From NCBI RefSeq assembly GCF_009914755.1, contig NC_060925.1: a stretch of DNA of 64,000 nt, one strand, 5' to 3'. This document shows, one piece after another, positions 48,055 through 64,000 of this stretch. The stretch is from the human T2T-CHM13v2.0 reference genome, Homo sapiens. How positions within the stretch are numbered: the stretch's first letter is position 1; the number at the start of each line of letters is the position of its first letter. The position numbers were made by a program, and so were the translations under genes. The notes beneath the pieces are model-generated. The model saw only the letters and a program-made list of their open reading frames with translations, was not told the DNA's origin and did not search any database.

Positions 48055-49465
48055 TTATATATATTATTCTTTTTATTATTATTATTATTTTTGAGACAGG
48101 TTCTCCTCACTCTGTCATTCAGGCTGGAGTGCAGTGGCACAATCATGCCTCACTTCAGGCAGCCTCTACCTCCTAGGCTCAGGTGATTCTCCCCACTCAG
48201 CCTCCCGGGTAGCTAGGTGTGTGTCACCAGGCCTAGCTACCTGTTTTCTATTTTTTTTGTAAAGACAGGGTTTCATCACGTTGCTGAGATTGGTCTCAAA
48301 CTCCTGGGCTCAAGCAATCTGCCCACCTCAGCCTCACAAAATGTTGAGATTACAGATGTGAGCCACTGGGCCCAGCCAATTATTCGTTAAATGTGTGTGC
48401 ATATGACTGTATACTGATATACATCATAAATATGAAAATGTACACAAACATCTTTAAAGCACTTGGAAACTGTTCTTATTTTATCTTTCAATTAAGAATT
48501 TCGTGACTTTAAATTTTTATGTAGTAATTCAGTTATACAACTTAAATATGTCTAAAGTAATATATTCTAGAATTATTTAAATTGCAAAATTTTGGTTTTG
48601 TATTTGAATAAGTAGTCTAAGCCAGTGATATATATTAAAATTTGTAATGATTAGGGAGAGCAAAGCTGACTAAGCAAAATAGGTCTGATTTGAAAGCAGA
48701 AGCAGAAAATGAGTTGCCATTTTACAAAGGTACCAGAGCAACTATCATATCATTTTTCAACAATAAAAACAGTAAGACAGGATACACCCATAAAATAGAT
48801 TTTCAGTATATAAGTTGTCATCCTGGATGCACATTAGAATAAATAAATGAACATTAACAACAACAACAAAATCTTTCCATCCATCTTTCAATCTGTCCCA
48901 GTGTCCCATCCAGGACATTATCCAGAGAGGGTCCAGGTACTGTTGTTTTTTAAAAAAGCTCTCCAGGTGATTCTAACATGCATTTGGGGTTGGAAACCAG
49001 TATTGGGAATGGAAGCATAGTAAAAAATCTTAGAATATTTTTAGAAATACTGATACAGTAACCTGTAGACAGCAGTGAATAAAATAAGTAAAACTGGTTC
49101 CAATAAATACCACTTCTATGAAACGGGATTACGTAAGAATTTAATATGTGAAATCTCCAAGTAGAAATTAATCATTATCAAAAAATATTGCTAATTTACA
49201 ATCTGATAAATTTATTAGCCTTCCCACAGTAAACTAAGACCCTCAATATTAAAATAGGAATCATTATTATTAGTAGTAGTATTTTTTGAGACAAGGTCTC
49301 AAACTCTGCCACCCATCCTGGAGTGCACTGGTATGATCATAGCTCACTGCAGCCTTGGACTCCTGAATTCAAGTGATCCTCCCATGTCAGCCTCCTGAGT
49401 AACTGGGACTACAGGTGCACACCACCACGCCTGGCTAATATATTTTTTTTAAAGTAGAGATGGAG
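47589..49465. mobile_element. Alus: + 47589-47845 (3' part deleted), - ~48070-48377, - partial ~49260-49465; MER5A remnant ~48810-49000
   Basis: Alu motifs. 19-bp repeat aaaaatcaatatagataaa at 47568 and 47887 flanks the first Alu. Confidence 0.85.
48003..48051. repeat. (AT)n microsatellite, about 24 units
   Basis: Perfect AT dinucleotide run. Confidence 0.97.
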
Positions 49466-50089
49466 TAAGATTTTTAAATAGCAATATTTGATTTGTTCCA
49501 TGTTATTCTCCAATAAGCATGATGTACTATTTCAATCAAAATGCAATCATTTGGTCAATCACGACATACAATTCTAAGATGAGATGGCTCCCTGGAATTA
49601 AAAGTCAACATGCCGAACATAGCACTTAAAGATTAGATTATTAAGTGGACTTTGACTGGATTATACTCTAACAGCCTAGGCCCAAAGGTAATTCACAATA
49701 GATAAGTATGGAGCACTTACTGTGCCCATAACCCCACTTATAATCACTAAAAACCTTTACAAACAAGCATTATGTATCGTTGTTTAACGTTAATTAAATA
49801 TAAGTGAGAAAAAAACAGTACTGACAGAATGACAGTTAAGTTAGAAGGGTGGCAGGTCTTTTGTAATTTCATGGTAATTTTCTCAATGCAGTAATCATTA
49901 ATATTATTTAAATAAGTCACAACATTAACCACCATGATTATAATTTTCAATATATAAGATATTAGAATTCAATATAACTGTCTGAGCTACAAGGGTAACT
50001 AAGATTAAAAATAAAGATACACTAAATGAATACAGCATGGAAAAGCGGTATAGAGATTACAATAATTTCAGTGGTTATTAAACAAAACA

Positions 50090-50548
50090 GGTGTTAATTG
50101 TGTTCCCCAAAAAGACATGTTTCAGTCCTAACCCCAGGTACTTGTGAACATCACCTTATTTGGAAATAGGGTATTTGCAGATGTAACAAAGTTAAAATTA
50201 CGTCAGACTAGATTAGGATGGGTCCTAAATCCATTGACTGGTGTCTTCATAAGGAGAGAGAGATTTAGAGACAAAGGCACAGTGAGAAGAAGGCCATGTG
50301 TGAAGAGAGCCAAGACCAGAATGATACAGCTACAAGTCAATAAATAATAAGAATGACCATCAATAACCAGAAATTAGGAAGGAGACAAGAAATAATTTTT
50401 CCCCAGAGCCTTCACAGAGAGTGTGGCCCTGCCAACAATCTAATTTTGGGCTTCTGGTCTTCAGTACTATGAGAGAACAAATTTCTGTTGTCTTAAGCCA
50501 GCCTGTTTGTGGTATGCTTTCTTATGGTAGCCCTAAAAAACTAATACA
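50090..50548 (+). mobile_element. MLT1 (B/C-like) solo LTR
   Basis: accttatttggaaatagggt..ttgcagatgtaa, gtggccctgccaaca and aactaataca terminus. Confidence 0.85.
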
Positions 50549-51718
50549 ACAAATATAATGAAATAATATTGAAATCTATTTAATATCCTAAGATGGCATC
50601 ACAGATCGAAAGATAAAATAGTATAATCTTTTGGAGGAAGCGTAGAAGAAATCAAGTATGAGAAGAAACTAAGCCAAATATAAATGAGGCGATCCTCAAA
50701 ATAAGGAGACAGTATACAAATTAATAAGAACACCTTTACTGTTACTTTTTCCTTGCAAGGATGGTAGTAAGAGTTTCATTTAACTTCCAAAATTTAAATT
50801 TCAGAATTTATTGACGAAAATTCCCTTCGAAAGAAAAAGTAAATTTAAAAGAAAATATCATCTTCTAGGTGAAGAGCTAAAGCAATTAAATCAAATAAAA
50901 TACACTGTATTTATTTACATATGGCCTCCTTTGGCTCTCAGTAAATAATCAAAAGAGTAACCATTAGGAAAATCATACCATAATTAGGAGGTTAAAATAA
51001 AGAAACATACTCTAGTTGGCCATAAATTTGTTACTTAACACTAAGTGTTCTATACAAGTTTTATTTCTTTAACGTTAATGTGTAAAGTGTCTTCTAAGTG
51101 TCACCTAATTTTTCAGTTCGATTTTGAAATCCTGAATCTTAAAAAATCCAACTACACTACAGAATAAAGTATATCATCTAATAATCTGTAAAATTTGAGT
51201 GAATCATTCCCCAAAGTAGTTTGCTAAAATTGTTTCCAAAAATAGAGAACAAGATATTGCTTATCTATAATAACATCAGATTCAGTTCCAGTGTGCAAGG
51301 TTTATGTTTCTGAGTTTCTCTGACAGCGCCTACTGCATGTCTATTTGCACCAAAGTATCCTAAGAAAGAATTCATTACCAAAGAAAGAGAAAACAGGGAC
51401 AGAAGTTTGACACAGTAAAACAGCCCAATGCTTTAATGAGGATGTGCAAATATGAGTAAGTTTCATATGGAATTCTTCCAGACTCGCTTCTAAACTACTG
51501 TCCAGGTCCTACAGAAAACAGAAAGTTACCCATATGAGTAAAAAGGGAGAGTGCTACTTCAACAAAAACTACCATAAAACTCAGGGGCAATGTGTATTGT
51601 TTTATACCTCTATAAAAAGTATGAAAGATTAAATACAAAGATGTAAACTTTAATACTGTTTACCAAATATAAATAAGCTTGACTCTTAAAAACTTTGTCA
51701 AAGGGAAACAACAGACCA

Positions 51719-52186
51719 TGTATTAGTAGCTAGACGTTGTCATACAGCAAACTGCCCTAAAGCTTAGCTACTTAAAACAGCAAACATATACTATCTCACA
51801 CAGTTTTGGAGGTCAAGAATCTCAGAGCAGGTAAGCTGGGTAGTTGTGGCTCAGTCTCAACACACTGCAGTTGAGCTGTCCCTCCTAGGACTCTAGACTA
51901 TTAAACTACCACTTCCAAGCTCACTCAACATGACTTTTGGCATAAGGCTTCAGTTCCCCACCATGTGGGCTTGTGACAACGCAGATGTTTCTCCCAAACC
52001 AAGCGACTGCGAAGAGAGAAAATGATGAAGATAGAGGCTACAGAGTCTTTTATAACCTAATTTTAGAAGAGACATCTACTGGTCACATAAATGAAGCCTG
52101 GAACAAGGTAGGTGAAGGGGAACTACACAAGCATAAGAACACTAGCAGGCAGAGATCCCTGGAGGCCATGATGGATGCTGATCAAC
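51719..52186 (-). mobile_element. MLT1 (F/G-like) LTR
   Basis: tgtattagt start, cttaaaacagcaaaca..tatctcaca and ccccaccatgtgggc motifs. Confidence 0.65.
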
Positions 52187-52418
52187 ATAAGTCTTTAACA
52201 TTTCATTTAAATTCAGGAGAGAATATACTTAGTAAAGCTTTAACTTATAGGAAAGGTAATTGCCTCTAAAGTTATAAATTATAATAACTGTTATCATAAT
52301 GCTATTTATTAAGTTATTTAATCTGCTGATGAAAAACTGGAAGCATTACAATCAGCATGAGTTTCACTAACTGATTTCTAAAATCTACCAAGACTTCACA
52401 GTTGTCACTTGTGCATTA

Positions 52419-52869
<451 letters not shown>

Positions 52870-53299
52870 TTAATTCAAAGGCAAGGTTATTTATTGGAAA
52901 CAATTCTCAGGTTACATATTTAAAAAGGAAAATATATTTCTCCAAAAGAACCTTTAAAATGACTCATAAAATTCCTTTCTGATTAGCTGCCACATAATGA
53001 TGGTTCTTTAACATGTAATTACGTGCATATATACTTGGAACTAAATTATTTTAAAAATATACAGCATATGTAGGAAAAATATTCATATGAACTCAGTTTT
53101 TATTTAAGCAATGAAAAAAATAGCTGTTTAAAAAATTCCTCAGTTAAACATTTACTAAATACAAAATATAGAAAATAAGCAAAATATATTTGTATAAAAT
53201 AAGTGATTTAAAATATTCTCTAACTATAAAGTTATCACAAAGGCAATATTTTATATGATCGCCAAACAGACAAGAGTAATAAATACATTTAAGTAACAC

Positions 53300-59480
<6,181 letters not shown>

Positions 59481-59639
59481 ATATCTATTGTAACATGGTA
59501 CTCTCACTAATTTAGAAATTCAAGGACAATTTTTCTTTCTTTACTTTCTTGCTCTTTCTTCTCTCTCTTCCCTCTTTTTCTCACCTCCCTTCCTCTCTCT
59601 CTCCTTCTCCCTCTCTGTACCACCCCCTTTTCCCTCCTT

Positions 59640-62675
<3,036 letters not shown>

Positions 62676-62958
62676 TCAATTTATTGTTACGGGGAGAGGG
62701 AAAGACAACAGGCTAGAAAACAAATGAAAAGCAAATAAGATGTTGATATAAAGTACTTCCAAAACTTTTTATACATTTACCAAAATTATTGCTTTTAGAA
62801 ATTTACCTGATACATTCCATAAAGACCGAAGTCTGAAGAAATGCTTTGGAAAAGCATATGGTACCAAAAGTGGGAGACAGGAAAAAAAAGCATTTGGTAC
62901 TGCATAGGTGTTACACAGGTATAAAAAATACTAAATAGTGACTTCAAATCTGTAATTA

Positions 62959-63258
<300 letters not shown>

Positions 63259-64000
63259 TCACAATCATTATTCTGCCCACAACATACCTGGGAAAAGACA
63301 TACCAATAATTTTGAAATTTTAAAAATAAAAATTAACAAGTAATGACCCTAACCACCTTTTACTGTGATCACTAGCTGTTAAGATGGATGTGAGCCTAGA
63401 GCTATCACTGGCCATCTTTGATACATGAGGAAACGATGTCTATCAGTGAAGGTGATACTATCCAGAGGGCTCAAGGCATACCATGGCAGAATGACAGACC
63501 TGATGAGACTGTTTAACCCCCTGGATCCAGTTGTGCCAAATCATATAAGCCAAATAAACTACAGTGAATTGGGTTTCTGTATTTACATCCCAAAAGTCTT
63601 GACTTGACTAATTATAACTTATGACTAAAATTCCAATTAAAAGCATCTAAAAGTTAGAATCAAACTTTTATCATTTATGGTTTTGGCTATTCTCAAGTAC
63701 TCCAGAAGTCTACAACATCTAAAAACTTCTGCTGAGATACATATCTGCATCACGCATATAGTAAAGGGAATGCATATTATGGAAGAAGTTACTTAGAAGG
63801 CAGTTAATGTAGGTAACTTCTAAGACATGAACACAAGGTCTTTTGCTTTCTACTAGTTGCATTGATGCTAAATTCCAGAGACTGGAAGAGTTTATTTGCA
63901 TTTTTAAATATACTTAATTAGAATTTCTGGTAGAAATTATCTGGAACAATTAAGAGACACATTTTGAATTTAGGTAGACTTGAGTTCAAATTCCAGATCT

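Overview
Primate genomic DNA, almost certainly human, and about two-thirds transposon-derived. It holds six consecutive minus-strand coding exons of COP1/RFWD2 (RING-WD40 E3 ligase): 63145-63037, 62594-62513, 46995-46879, 8807-8690, 7741-7617 and 6432-6272. All have GT-AG boundaries and consistent phases, and they encode most of the WD40 propeller (by recollection exons 13-18 of 20). The 38-kb intron (8808-46878) contains two decayed full-length L1s facing tail-to-tail: an L1PA3/4 on + (11585-17824) and an L1PA2 on - (21662-27687). The main observations are: (1) the antisense ORF0 of the + L1 is open and its two splice donors are in frame with the downstream COP1 exons; (2) the two L1s keep subfamily-diagnostic differences yet share many non-consensus substitutions, suggesting patchwork gene conversion; (3) the + L1 carries a ~630-bp 3' transduction, shown by a displaced TSD; (4) a ~55-nt L1HS-type 3' end is inserted inside it with a 21-bp target deletion; (5) these sit in a six-layer nested transposon stack; (6) an Alu-Alu recombination produced a ~463-bp tandem duplication next to an exon. 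Repeat subfamily names come from recalled consensus sequences. Repeat boundaries are approximate unless a TSD is quoted. No expression claim can be proven from sequence alone.
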